64,000 nt of DNA from Candidatus Culexmicrobium cathedralense (GTDB lineage: Archaea > Thermoproteota > Methanomethylicia > Culexarchaeales > Culexmicrobiaceae), in assembly GCA_025061115.1 (NCBI GenBank), contig JANZKC010000001.1, positions 128,001-192,000 of the forward strand, in the 5' to 3' direction. The position numbers were made by a program, and so were the translations under genes. Position 1 is the stretch's first letter. Each line of letters begins with the position of its first letter. Below the pieces are notes generated by a model. That model was not told the origin of the DNA. It did not search any database and saw only the letters and a list, made by a program, of their open reading frames with translations. This document shows positions 30,889 through 41,807 of the stretch, piece after piece.

Positions 30889-31470
30889 TCACTTTCTCCT
30901 GGATATTAGAATTACCGCCACCATAACCACTACAATTGTTGAAACATAAGAATAAATGTTAATTGATGCTATCGGCTTAACTTCAAATTCAACGATCATG
31001 CTACTGACAGTTAACGAGCCAGAAATTACAGGTCTAGTTTCTAACGAAATGACGTATGTAGATCTAAGACCTGCAGGAGGTATACGAAAATAAGTAGCAT
31101 TAATTGGAATATTTATCCTTGTAAATTCCAAGTACGCACCAACAGGAGGAATAGATTTGAGTCTTAAATATGACTCGGGAGTGCGGACGATATTGTACCT
31201 ACTAATGAAGTCAATAGTCATCAAGCTGCATAAACCAATACCTGGCTTAACATCAAAATAGCTTTCATTAATTTATCATAAGTAAAATCATTAAATAAGC
31301 AGGAGTAATAATGGGACTCTTATTTCTTCCCAGTAAGAAGGACTGATAAACGTGGCAGTTTCACTCTTAAGATCCGTATGCGTGGCATTAAAAAGTAATG
31401 ATAATCCTTCAACAATTTTTCAACACAATATTTTGAGTCATCAAACGAAATGAAATTAACATCATAAGAG
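30889..31470 (-). pseudogene. Degraded third paralogue of the 37357/41808 membrane-anchored protein family
   Basis: Segments in shifting frames (LTGKK*...FNDFTYDK; INESYFDVKPGIGLCSLMTIDFISRY; YVISLE...SSMIVEFEV...YSYVSTIVVV) align with the paralogues; has an internal deletion and a missing 5' end. Confidence 0.6.
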
Positions 31471-31520
31471 CTGAAAATAGGCTTAAATTATCGCTATATT
31501 AAAATTTTGATATAGAGGTG

Positions 31521-32483
31521 ATGAATATTGACTAGAAAGCGCGCCATATTCTTCTAATTGTAATTATTTTCTCATGCTTATCTATTTTCATGTTCGAGTC
31601 CTTTATACCAAGAATCGAAGTTCAAGTTGAAAGTTATGTGGATGGTGAAGTCATTTTAAATAATGGCGGATTAGAGAATGGTACTATTGGCTTTGAGTCG
31701 GTTCGCGGCATAATTTTTGAGGGCGAAGCATTTGAAGAGTCTAAGTCATTGTTAATGATTGATGGTGGAGGACTTGTATGTAGCTTTGTTAGACCAATTC
31801 CTGCAAAGGGTTGCACAGTGATGTTTGCCTTCAAATTAGTGAATTTAACTGCTGATATGTGGATGTGCATAGTTTCCGCATGCTTAACGACAAAAATCGG
31901 GGCAACAAATTATACTATCAAGCTTGGCTATAGCGTTGGTCCATATGAATATGAAGCGTCAAGCAGTGAATATCCGAAGTGAATTTCACGTAGGGTTGGG
32001 GAAAGCTATGAAGTGTATGGTGGATGGCGTATTGTTATTTTTAGTGAAGATAGAGCTTTTCACGAGGCATTGAGTGATCCGATAGTGCGAGCTAAACTTG
32101 GATTGGGTTACGCGATGCAATTAAAACTTGAGAATTTCAGTATTACACGTATAGAAGTTGGAGCTACGCCTATTAGTATTGAGAAACCTCGGAAAGGATG
32201 CTTTCTTTTGGATGCAATATCCATTTACTCAAGTGAAATAAATCAGTCTAAGTTAGTGCTGAAAGTTCAGTCTAAAAACATAGTACCTTATACTATTGCA
32301 GTTGCCGGTGGTGGAAGTATAAACTCTTGCACTCTTAAGCCGTTTGAAACAACTAGAATGTCACTTATAGTTAACTGTAAGCCCAATGAATTGAAAATTT
32401 ATTTAAAACCACTAATAATTCCAATTGCTCATTATTATGAGTTGAATATCAGCGGAGCGCATGCATACTCGTATAACGAATAA
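31521..32483 (+). pseudogene. Secreted/membrane-anchored hypothetical protein with two in-frame stops
   Basis: GAGGTG RBS plus ATG at 31521; one frame through TAG 31533 and TGA 31980 joins a hydrophobic N-terminus to ORFs 31590-31982 and 32013-32483. Confidence 0.6.
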
Positions 32484-32645
32484 TTTTACCTTTGAACTAT
32501 TCTATAAAATATATTAATTAACTAATTATTTTGATTTAAGATTTATTTATCTTGATTTCGCCGGTTTAATTGCGTAATCTTGCTTCCAACTTGTTTTAGC
32601 AACAGTTATAATGATATTGAAGTGAATCATTGCTGGTGATTACAC

Positions 32646-32762
32646 TTGAATGAATATGACATTTTAATTGAAAATGGCTTGATTGTAGACGCCACAGGAA
32701 GCCCAAGGATTAAAGGTTCAGCAACTAATATTTTAACTATTTTAGGGAAAGGTCCTTCATAA
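32646..32762 (+). pseudogene. N-terminal stump of a D-aminoacylase/amidohydrolase
   Basis: MNEYDILIENGLIVDATGSPRIKG resembles the N-terminus of 57305-58969 (FDLIICDGVVVDGTGN); GGTGA RBS; similarity ends near 32720. Confidence 0.55.
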
Positions 32763-32949
32763 ACTGCAAAGTTTCTCTTATCTTCTGGTGGAAACATTGC
32801 AATAGCTTTAAACTTTAACTTGTAAGCAAGTTTTCTTGCAACATGTAAAGACATTGGCTTAGAAAGTTCTTCTGGATAAAGAAGAGCAAACCCAATAATC
32901 CCTTTAGTTTTGTAAAAGAAAAAGGGGAAAATGTGGTCACTTTGATGGA

Positions 32950-32964
32950 GGCTCAGTGTGAGAC
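32950..32964. repeat. 15-bp direct repeat copy 1 (GGCTCAGTGTGAGAC)
   Basis: Exact match at 36849-36863; internal CTCA-gtg-TGAG dyad. Confidence 0.6.
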
Positions 32965-33050
32965 ATGTTCAACTTAGACTTCAGCACTAGTCAATTTTCG
33001 TAAATCTTGTGGATTTTAAATAGCGTCTTATTTAGCGAGATTTAGGGCTT

Positions 33051-33217
33051 ATGAGGGCGGAATATGCGCGGGGATTTGAAGACGCCCTAGAACTAGCCCT
33101 CCTAAAATCAAAAACTTAGAAACAGCCAAGCAGTGCAGAAAAATAGAGTACCTATTAAGCCTAATCAAAGAAAGAAAATACGAATACCTAGAATGGATGC
33201 TAAAAACACTTCATTGA
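33051..33217 (+). pseudogene. Small helical hypothetical protein split by a homopolymer frameshift
   Basis: MRAEYARGFEDALELALLK continues in the -1 frame as KNLETAKQCRKIEYLLSLIKERKYEYLEWMLKTLH*; the break falls at A runs 33104-33114. Confidence 0.5.
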
Positions 33218-33614
33218 ACTTGCAAGGTTTTCTTAAGAAAAGAGTTGATAAACTTACCTCCTTATTTACTTTAAAGGCGTTGTTACATTTATAGGTGAAG
33301 TATATAATATTAAATTTGAAACATTAAACTATTACTACCACTAACAGTAGCACCACTAATCATAATTGGAGTCAAAAAAGCATTAAAAAATAGAAAACAC
33401 AAAAATAAGCTTCATATAAAAGTTAAGAAGAAAAATATGGAAAGAAAGGTTGGGGATAAGAGGAAAATTGAGAAAAAGAAATCCAAGAAACCAAATAGAC
33501 TAGCAGAAGCATTACTAATGACTGAAACTTGAGTTCGTTATTATTATATGTTTATTTGATTTTGTCTCATTTAGTGGTTTTGGTTGTTATTGGCATGTTT
33601 TGTGAAGTGTTAAT

Positions 33615-34223
33615 TTATGGTGGTGATCCATATAGTATTATTGTTAAGAGGGCAAGTATTATTGATGGAATTAATTCAATGATATTTATTCTCTTTCTTA
33701 AAATCACCACTATAACTAATCCAGTTAAAAATAGCATTAAAACTCCTATTCCAGGAATTAAATCGTAATAATTTACTCTTATAGGCCTTGCAATAGAAGT
33801 GTCTTTAGTTAGCAATATGCGTTCAGTTACCAGGTTAGTTGAAAGAGCTATACTTGAAGTCCAGGCAAGTGAAGAAGTTAATGCCAATACTCCACTATAA
33901 TATAAGATCCCCCTATCATTTCTAAGTATCGATAAAATACATAGGGAAATAGATGTAAAATATAAAGTTATTGATATTATGGAGAAAATTAATCCAAATA
34001 CATTCCTTATCATCCAAAAATTAGAGCCACTAAAAGTTAATTGTGGAATTTCCCAGAAATATGCAGCTTTAACTACAATCAACTTCCAATCAAATATTGG
34101 CACATGAACATATACATGACTATACCTACACGTCCAAGGCAAAAACATCGATATCAAAATTAAAATTAATGCAAAAATTTGCGGAACATATTTCATCATG
34201 CTCATTTCCCCACTCATCCACAA
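33615..34223 (-). CDS. Hypothetical integral membrane protein (about 5 TM)
   Basis: Alternating hydrophobic segments, FLPW after TM1; directly downstream of the matrixin gene. Confidence 0.65.
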   Translation of the reverse strand: MWMSGEMSMMKYVPQIFALILILISMFLPWTCRYSHVYVHVPIFDWKLIVVKAAYFWEIPQLTFSGSNFWMIRNVFGLIFSIISITLYFTSISLCILSILRNDRGILYYSGVLALTSSLAWTSSIALSTNLVTERILLTKDTSIARPIRVNYYDLIPGIGVLMLFLTGLVIVVILRKRINIIELIPSIILALLTIILYGSPP

Positions 34224-34256
34224 TATTATAACAGTGGGAAAATAAAAATTTTAAAG

Positions 34257-35585
34257 TTAATCTACAATGGGAGAACTTGTTAAGTATACATAAATTTGAT
34301 CTGGTTCTGATGGTATTTCATATTCATTTAATGCTATTACTCTTATATTGTAGTAAGTTTCGCTTGGTGCTGTTGATGAATCCCAATAACCAATCCATAA
34401 TCTCAGAGATGAATCATAATACATTAATTGCCTACCAGTATCGTAACTTGAATCATAGACTCTATAGCCAACAGAACTTATGGTAACAATTGATGATACA
34501 TCAGCCTGAATTTCTACAATACCATACACAGTATCACCATTTTGCGGATTAAATATGCTTACGACTGGTCTTGACATTATTGGATAAAGATACCTTACAC
34601 CTCTAATATCACCTATTGTAAGAGTTCGTCTAATTTCTCCCTTACTTATATAACCATACATTACATTGTCAGAATTATCACTAGAATATAAATCATCTAA
34701 CCCTAAAAAGTGCCCAACCTCATGAGTTGCTACACTCTGTACATCAAACCATGAGCCATAGCCAATACCCCAATCTTCTGCGTCATCAAATTGAATATCC
34801 ATTTCTAATATTCGGTCAACTCCCCGGTTCATCAATATTGTTCTAGCAACTATACGTCCTGGACCATCAATATCAGGTACCCATCCAACTACATTCACAC
34901 CATCCCTAACACCTGGCTCTCTACTTGTAGTACCCCCATATGCAAAGTCAATGTATGAGTATGAGTCATCTTCCCATGTCTGAAATGCATTAATAATTGC
35001 TTGAAATTCTTCAGTTCCCGAAATGTCTGCTGTTCCTTCCTCATTTATGTAGTAGGTAACAGGTAAATCTACCCATATTACATTTTGCCATGTTGCAAAT
35101 CCCAGGTCATCTTCCTCATATATGTAATCCGGATCAGTTGACTCGCTTACAGTGCTTTTCTCTAAAACAATTAATTTATTAATATAAAGCAATCCGTTCT
35201 CCATTAACTCAGCATAAATTTTAACTTTATCACCAATTCTATATCTTTCTACTCCAAATGGCCATACATAAAGACAACGTTCGCTTATGGTCACATTTCC
35301 TATCCTAACATAACCTCCAAAATGATAAACCACTATCTTAGAAAGCTCTACAACCTTTTTATGCCACTTATGAATTGTTAAGTTTAAGTAAGTTATCACC
35401 CCCTTACCTTCAATAAAAACCGGTGATTTATTAATGATAGTTGCTGTAAATATATGTGTAGAGCACTTTTGAAGTACATGTTCTTCATTTACATCTAATG
35501 TCTCTCCTCTAGATATTGTAGCATTTACTATCAACATAGGCAAAATCATTAAAATTATTAGTAATAATACAGTTCTTATTTTCAT
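34257..35585 (-). CDS. Secreted matrixin-like (M10/metzincin) metalloprotease with C-terminal Ig-like domain
   Basis: Signal peptide, HEVGHFLGLDD zinc motif, NVMY Met-turn, P.VSIFNPQNGDTV.G Ig-like start. Confidence 0.82.
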   Translation of the reverse strand: MKIRTVLLLIILMILPMLIVNATISRGETLDVNEEHVLQKCSTHIFTATIINKSPVFIEGKGVITYLNLTIHKWHKKVVELSKIVVYHFGGYVRIGNVTISERCLYVWPFGVERYRIGDKVKIYAELMENGLLYINKLIVLEKSTVSESTDPDYIYEEDDLGFATWQNVIWVDLPVTYYINEEGTADISGTEEFQAIINAFQTWEDDSYSYIDFAYGGTTSREPGVRDGVNVVGWVPDIDGPGRIVARTILMNRGVDRILEMDIQFDDAEDWGIGYGSWFDVQSVATHEVGHFLGLDDLYSSDNSDNVMYGYISKGEIRRTLTIGDIRGVRYLYPIMSRPVVSIFNPQNGDTVYGIVEIQADVSSIVTISSVGYRVYDSSYDTGRQLMYYDSSLRLWIGYWDSSTAPSETYYNIRVIALNEYEIPSEPDQIYVYLTSSPIVD

Positions 35586-35696
35586 ATTTGACCTCCTAAT
35601 ATAGAAATTATAAAATCAATCATATAAATGTAACGTTACTTATCAAGTTAGCTAACTCTAAACTATATATTACCCAGGTTATCATAAAATGCTTAG

Positions 35697-36681
35697 GTGT
35701 TGTATTTCTTGAAGGAAGAAATCCAAATAGCCTTAAAGAAATACATGACTAACTATGCTAGAAACCTTATTAGGTCGCGAAAAGATAGGATAGACGAGTT
35801 CGCTGAAAAAGCATTACGAAAATATCCCTTTCATATAATATTTTTCCCGTTCAACTACATTGTAATCTCTGAAGTTGAAAGAAGTATAACTGCGGGTGTA
35901 GGGCTTACCTTCTACACTAAAATAGCTGAAATTATTGCACAGGAAAATTATGGTTATGTCAAGAAGAACTATACTTTCACATTCGAGATCGATGAGGGCT
36001 GGGTGAGGCGTGTCGATGACATACTAGAAGAGCTTGACCGAAAAAGAAGAGCGCCAAATGTTTATGTGGAAAAAGAGAGATAATGAGCACTAGTCAAGGC
36101 AGGCTTGTGAAGTTCGATGTTACGGCAGACTTTTACATAGGTGACTACATGTACAAGGGGTTAAAGGTACCTGTCCTCATAGAGTTCAAAACCCCTGGCC
36201 TAAAAAAGAGGACTGCGTCAGATCGAAGAGGAGGATGTTATTGTTCAAGGCTGCTTGGGAGGGACCAGGATACTACTACCACAGAGGCGGCGACTACTTT
36301 GTTAAGTTTTCTCGTGATCGTGATCTTGCTAGGGGCGGCACTATTGGTCGTGGTAGGTGGAGGCACACTTTTGATCCAGTAATTCAGGTTGCTAAGAGGC
36401 TTACTGAGGAGGCTGTTAGGGCTGCTGAGGTTGTTTCTAGGAGAGTTGAGGAGAAGGTTGGTAGGCCTGTTAGGGCTGAGGTGGTTCTTAAGGCTGCATT
36501 TCCAAGGCGGCCCAGGCTTCCGAGAGAGGTTAAGAGGATGGCTGACTTTGTTTGGGATGAGCTTTCACCTTCAGTTAAGCGGGCCGGCAACTGGACTTAC
36601 ATCACAGTGCTAAACATTATCAGGATGCTTTACGATTATGCTAAGAGTCAGGGCCTCACATGCAGGAGTTCGACTTGCTAA
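35697..36681 (+). pseudogene. Fragmented TdeIII-family-like type II restriction endonuclease
   Basis: PFH...ERSITAGVG, P....E, ADFY...IEFKTP, PKKEDCVRSKRRMLL spread over three frames; frameshifts near 36070 and 36192; atypical 3' part. Confidence 0.6.
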
Positions 36682-36848
36682 TCAGGCTGAGCGAAAGAAA
36701 AGGCATATTATTTGAAGAGCTGATCAAAAATAGGCTGAGCAAAGTGTTCGGTGATGAACTCGTGCAGATACCCGCTAAAAACGGGTTCATGTAAACGGCT
36801 TTCTCCGGGCTTTTCTCACCATAAATTATATGGTTAAAAATGTTTTTT

Positions 36849-36863
36849 GGCTCAGTGTGAGAC
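36849..36863. repeat. 15-bp direct repeat copy 2 (GGCTCAGTGTGAGAC)
   Basis: Exact match at 32950-32964. Confidence 0.6.
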
Positions 36864-37356
36864 GAGGTCATCATTTCTCAGTCTGCGTCTCTACATCACA
36901 GCCACTATAACTACTGTCGGGGTTAAAGTTAGTTTTTTCGTTCAAATCATATGGAGCGACAAACTAAATCTACATAAAATGTTGAATTATTCAAATGTGT
37001 GATGGGAGAGTTAAGACATGATTGACAGTTCAACCCATTTGAGTTTAGAATTGTGACACGGTTTAACTAAGCTCTACTTTTCCGATCCATCTACTCATGC
37101 ATACTTCATTTATGATTTAATTTACGAACTTGACAAGACTAATGTAAGGTATGCAGCAAGTCTTTAACTCCAATATCCCACTTTATTCTCCAAATTTAAG
37201 TCAAATATACAATTCTGTATTGTTACCAATAGTTGGGTATTTTATATGCCGGTTGTTGCGACTGAAAAAGCACAATTAATAATGCAGCTAATGACAATCT
37301 TTTTATATTTAAAGCATAACAAAATACATATGTGTGAAAATATAAAATTTTATTGA

Positions 37357-38469
37357 ATGTTAGAATATTGCAAATTTAATCAAAAAATAACACATAATGG
37401 TAATCTAATAATAATATTATATTCAATATTAGTAATAACTAACTATGTTAACAACCATGTATTTGTTGGAAAAGATATATGGTTCGAAGCTGAGCATTGG
37501 ATTGGTGAGCAAATAGTACTTACAGTTCATCCTAATGGGAGCATAACTGTTATAATTTGCACATATTCAGACAAGCTTTTTATAGATTTATCTGATATAA
37601 ATGCTAAATTTGGTTTTTCTATAATTTGTTTGTATGAAAAAGAAATTTATTTAAACATTAGGTTTGACTTATCTTCTATTAGTTTGGAGGAGGCGGAATT
37701 GAAGTCTTATAATATTGTTAGCAGATTGCAGGATATTCTTGGAATGAATTTCGTATTGGCAAGTGAAGATAGGGTTGATTACGTTACTTCCGCAGGTATA
37801 AGAAGCTTTGTTACTTTTATTTATAAACCTACAGAATATAATTTTGAGAAAATTATAGATCTGTTCCTTCAAGTTAAACCTGATAGTGGTTTTTCACTAT
37901 TAATAAATAAGGATATCATTTCAAAGAATTCATATCTAAAAATAAATATATATTATGCTTACCAAACTAGAGAAATTAGAGTTAACTTAATTTTTAAAAA
38001 GATCTTTAACGCATATTTTAAATTTAAGGAAGGAGAAAAATATGTTCTAGATGTATTTAAATTATTTAATTTTACGGGCAACATAGTTTCACATCGATCT
38101 TTAGATACATTATTTTGGATATATTTCGATTATGCTTATGGTATCGATTTCAAGTTTTTGGATATCCGCATTCCATGTTACTATAGCGTGCATAGGAGTA
38201 GTGGTGCTAGGGAATATATTATCACGAATGAGCCTTGGTACATTCCTAGCGGTACAAATATAGATGGAATGGTTATTAAGTTTATGGTTATTGAGAAGGG
38301 GTTTAGACTTACGCCTTATTCAATTAGAATTTTAGGCTATGTTATTTTGCTGTTGTTGGTGTTTGTTGTTTGTTTTCTATTTTATCGTTTAAAGTTATTT
38401 GAGATGATATTTAAAAAATATATTGCTTCATTGTATAATGTTATTTGGAGGGGCTGTTGTGAAAGCTAG
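37357..38469 (+). CDS. Hypothetical secreted protein with C-terminal membrane anchor (paralogue of 41808-42878)
   Basis: Hydrophobic N-terminus, C-terminal TM, shared blocks KIIDLF.VKP and KFKEGEKYVLDVF. Confidence 0.7.
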   Translation: MLEYCKFNQKITHNGNLIIILYSILVITNYVNNHVFVGKDIWFEAEHWIGEQIVLTVHPNGSITVIICTYSDKLFIDLSDINAKFGFSIICLYEKEIYLNIRFDLSSISLEEAELKSYNIVSRLQDILGMNFVLASEDRVDYVTSAGIRSFVTFIYKPTEYNFEKIIDLFLQVKPDSGFSLLINKDIISKNSYLKINIYYAYQTREIRVNLIFKKIFNAYFKFKEGEKYVLDVFKLFNFTGNIVSHRSLDTLFWIYFDYAYGIDFKFLDIRIPCYYSVHRSSGAREYIITNEPWYIPSGTNIDGMVIKFMVIEKGFRLTPYSIRILGYVILLLLVFVVCFLFYRLKLFEMIFKKYIASLYNVIWRGCCES

Positions 38470-39978
38470 ATTTATAGTTTCTTCATTGATTATTGTGGTT
38501 TTATGCGTTCATCTTGCTGGTTTTGTTTATTGTAATCCTGGTATTGTTGATGTTAATTTGTGGTGTTCTTCTCCTAGTAGGGTTGGTTTTGCAGGTGAAT
38601 CTTTTACGTATATTTTTGATGTGAGTTATGTTGGGGTTTATTCATTTATAGATTTGAGCCTTTATGTTGAGGGGGTGCCATCTAGTTGGTCTTATAAGTT
38701 TATTTATAATGGATTTGAAGTTGACATGATTCGCTTACTTAATGAGACGCGTGTAAATTTGCAGCTTATTGTTGATGTTCCTTCTTCGGCTTCACCTGGT
38801 GAATATAGCTTTAAAATTGTAGTTGAGTACGTTCATTATCCGTATAGGAGTTATTTGAATTGTAGGGCTATTGTTAAGCCTACTGTTAGGGATTTGGATG
38901 TTTTTTGCATGTTTCCAGCTAAGGCTGTTTGGGCTGGTTCCAGCGTGGAGTTTGAATTGAATTTGCACTATTTTGGTCCTGAGGATACGTTTAACTTCAC
39001 AGTTATGAATTTACCTTCGGGCTGGAGCGTTTACTTCATTCATGGCTCCGATGAAATTCTTCTTTTATCATTGAATGATGGAGATACTGCTTCAATTAAG
39101 GCTGTTTTTGAAATTCCTGCTGATGCTGAAATTGGAGATTACAACTTAACTTTAATCATATTTTCCAAATTTATTAGTAGAAAGGTGAATTTGATTGTCA
39201 GAGTTAAGCCTCCATCCACCTTCAACAGGGGTTTGAGGCTTTCCGTGGACTATCCCATCATTGACATTGAGGCAGGTAGATTTGCATATTTCACTTTAAC
39301 CGTAAATAACGTTGGAGCTGTTGATGAAATTGTTTACTTAAGCGTTTCTGAAAAACCCTCTGGATGGGAAGTTTCGTTCATAGTATCTGGCAAGAAGATT
39401 CACGGCCTATCAGTTCCTGCGAGAAGCTTCTCCAATGTCATTGTTGAGGCGAAGCCTCCGCCATATGTTGAATTGGGTGAGCATAAGTTCATCATTACAG
39501 CCGAATCTGAGGATGGAGCTATATCGGCTAACATCACCCTAATTGTCAATATTTATGGCAAATATAGCTTGAGCCTACATTTCCCAGAATTCCCATCACC
39601 CTACTTCAGCATGAAATCCGGCGAAACTAAACGATTTGAAGTTGAAGTTAAAAATAATGGTGTTTTAAACGTCACAAACATTTACCTTACACTTGAAGTT
39701 CCATCAATCGATTGGGAAGTGAACATTGAACCCAAAAAATCATGCTTCTACAACCAGGCGAATCCGTGACCTTCCAAGTAGAAATGTACGTATCAACCAT
39801 AATTTCAGCAGGGGACTACTTCATCACAGTTAAAGCAGTTTCAGATCAAGCTTCAGCATCAAAAGATCTAAGAATTTCAATTACTAAGCCAACTGAGTGG
39901 GGCTACATTGGAGCAGCACTAGCTGTAATAGCAATTGTAATCGTAGTAATTATCTTCAAGAGGACTGGAAGGCGATGA
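38423..39978 (+). pseudogene. NEW3/COG1470-like Ig-repeat membrane-anchored protein, frameshifted at A6 run 39734-39739
   Basis: Repeated P.GW...VP..A..GEY Ig units; adding one A joins 38423-39769 to 39742-39978 (EPKKIMLLQPGES...TM anchor). Confidence 0.7.
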
Positions 39979-40919
39979 ATGGTAAAGCGATAATTGAAAC
40001 CAAAAATTTAACGAAAATATATCACGTTGATGGACGGGAGATTCGAGCTGTCGACAATCTAAATCTAACTGTCTATGAAGGCGAATTATTCGGTTATCTA
40101 GGTCCAAACGGCTCAGGCAAAACTACCACAATCCTAATGCTTCTAGGACTAATTCAACCCACAAGCGGCGAAGGAAAAGTCGCAGGATACGATATAATTA
40201 GGGAATCCAAAATGATTAGAAGAGTTGCTGGATACATTCCTGAAAGATATAGCTTCTACGAAGACTTGTCAGCATACGAGAACCTAGAATACTTTGCTAA
40301 GCTAAATAACATTCCTAAAAATGAAGTTGAAGAGAGAATAAAATGGGCTCTAGAAATAGTTGAGTTAAGCAAGTGGATTAATGCACCAGTAAAAACTTTT
40401 TCAAGAGGCATGAAGCAGAGGTTAGCTCTAGCCAACGTGCTAATAAGAAAGCCTAAAATAATATTTCTAGATGAGCCCACAGCAGGATTAGATCCACATG
40501 CAACAGCGAAGTTCAGATCCTTAATAAAGAAGCTTAACAATGAATTTAACATCACAATATTCCTATCAAGCCACATGCTCCACGAAGTAAGGCAAATATG
40601 CAATAAAATCGGATTCCTAAAAGATGGAAGGCTAATAGCCATAGACACCATCGACGGCTTCATGAACAAGATGGGAATTAAAGTCATATTGGAAGCAACA
40701 AACATCAACCATAAAATCATCAAGTCAATAGAGAACTTAAATGACGTAAATAAAGTATTGAAAGTAAATGATAAACTAGTCATTTATGCTAGAAACGACG
40801 TTAGATTAGATATTTCAAAAATAGTTACAGGCTTAGGAGAATACATTTTAACTCTAAAAATAGAGCCTCCAACTCTTGAAGAAGTTTTCTTCATAGTCTA
40901 TGGAGAGAAAGGAGGATGA
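39975..40919 (+). CDS. ABC exporter ATP-binding subunit
   Basis: GPNGSGKTT, FSRGMKQR, FLDEPT, SSH; likely ATG at 39975. Confidence 0.92.
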   Translation: MNGKAIIETKNLTKIYHVDGREIRAVDNLNLTVYEGELFGYLGPNGSGKTTTILMLLGLIQPTSGEGKVAGYDIIRESKMIRRVAGYIPERYSFYEDLSAYENLEYFAKLNNIPKNEVEERIKWALEIVELSKWINAPVKTFSRGMKQRLALANVLIRKPKIIFLDEPTAGLDPHATAKFRSLIKKLNNEFNITIFLSSHMLHEVRQICNKIGFLKDGRLIAIDTIDGFMNKMGIKVILEATNINHKIIKSIENLNDVNKVLKVNDKLVIYARNDVRLDISKIVTGLGEYILTLKIEPPTLEEVFFIVYGEKGG

Positions 40920-41803
40920 GCATGAGCACCATCATAATTGCATTAAAAGAATTCTCAGACCATGTAACAAGCCGAAGATTCCTAATTCTATTCACGCTCC
41001 TAAGCGTACTTTCAGTTCTATCAGCCTTCTCATCAATAAGCAGAGCATTTATAGGCGAAGTTAAAATGTTTTCAGACATATTAACTCTAGGCCGCCTATC
41101 AATAATATACCTAATAGGAGAACTAGGACCTCTAATCGGAATAGCCTTGGGATTCGATTCGATCAGCAAGGAAATTGAAAGCGGTTCAATGCTACTATTA
41201 CTATCCTGCCCAATATATCGGGACACAATATTAAATGGAAAAATTCTAGGAGGACTACTAACAATAATTCTAGCTCTAGGCACATCCACAATTCTACTAA
41301 CCGGATTCACCCTAGCTCAAATAGGAATTGCCCCAACAAGTGAAGAAATAATAAGATTAATCCTCTACTTCCTAGCATCAATAATTTACATTTTAAGCTA
41401 CATGGCTCTAAGCATGCTAACATCAATAATCTCAAAAAGAACTTCAATATCACTGCTAACTTCAATTTCAATATGGATCTTCTTCACATTCATAATGCCC
41501 ATGGTCGCAAGCTCACTAGCAACAATCCTACCAGAAGAGGATATAGAAGGAAAAATAAGAATAATGACCATAACGCTGCTACTAACGCCAGTTCAACACT
41601 ACTACACGCTTAGCAGAAACATCATAAGCCCAAAATTCTCAATAGATCCATTTAGCATATTCCCAAGAAGATCAATAGTAAAGCCATTAACCCTAATTGA
41701 AAGTTTAAACCTAACGTGGCCAAACCTAGCAATAATAACATCACTACTAGTAATATTCGTAGCAGCATCCTACATCAAATTCCTAAAAGAAGAAATAAGA
41801 TAA
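40916..41803 (+). CDS. ABC-2 (NosY-like) permease
   Basis: IIALKEF, ALGFDSISKEIESG...PIYR.TILNGK motif. Confidence 0.88.
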   Translation: MSMSTIIIALKEFSDHVTSRRFLILFTLLSVLSVLSAFSSISRAFIGEVKMFSDILTLGRLSIIYLIGELGPLIGIALGFDSISKEIESGSMLLLLSCPIYRDTILNGKILGGLLTIILALGTSTILLTGFTLAQIGIAPTSEEIIRLILYFLASIIYILSYMALSMLTSIISKRTSISLLTSISIWIFFTFIMPMVASSLATILPEEDIEGKIRIMTITLLLTPVQHYYTLSRNIISPKFSIDPFSIFPRRSIVKPLTLIESLNLTWPNLAIITSLLVIFVAASYIKFLKEEIR

Positions 41804-41807
41804 CAAG

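Noticed and set aside
33320-33531. Purine-rich, Lys-rich open frame (TM plus basic tail)
   Set aside because: No start codon; probably a remnant of an anchored-protein C-terminus, and low complexity makes it unidentifiable
36911-37140. Possible IS6-like MITE ends (CTGTCGGGGTT...AACTTGACA)
   Set aside because: The terminal match is poor; no target-site duplication or transposase remnant could be verified
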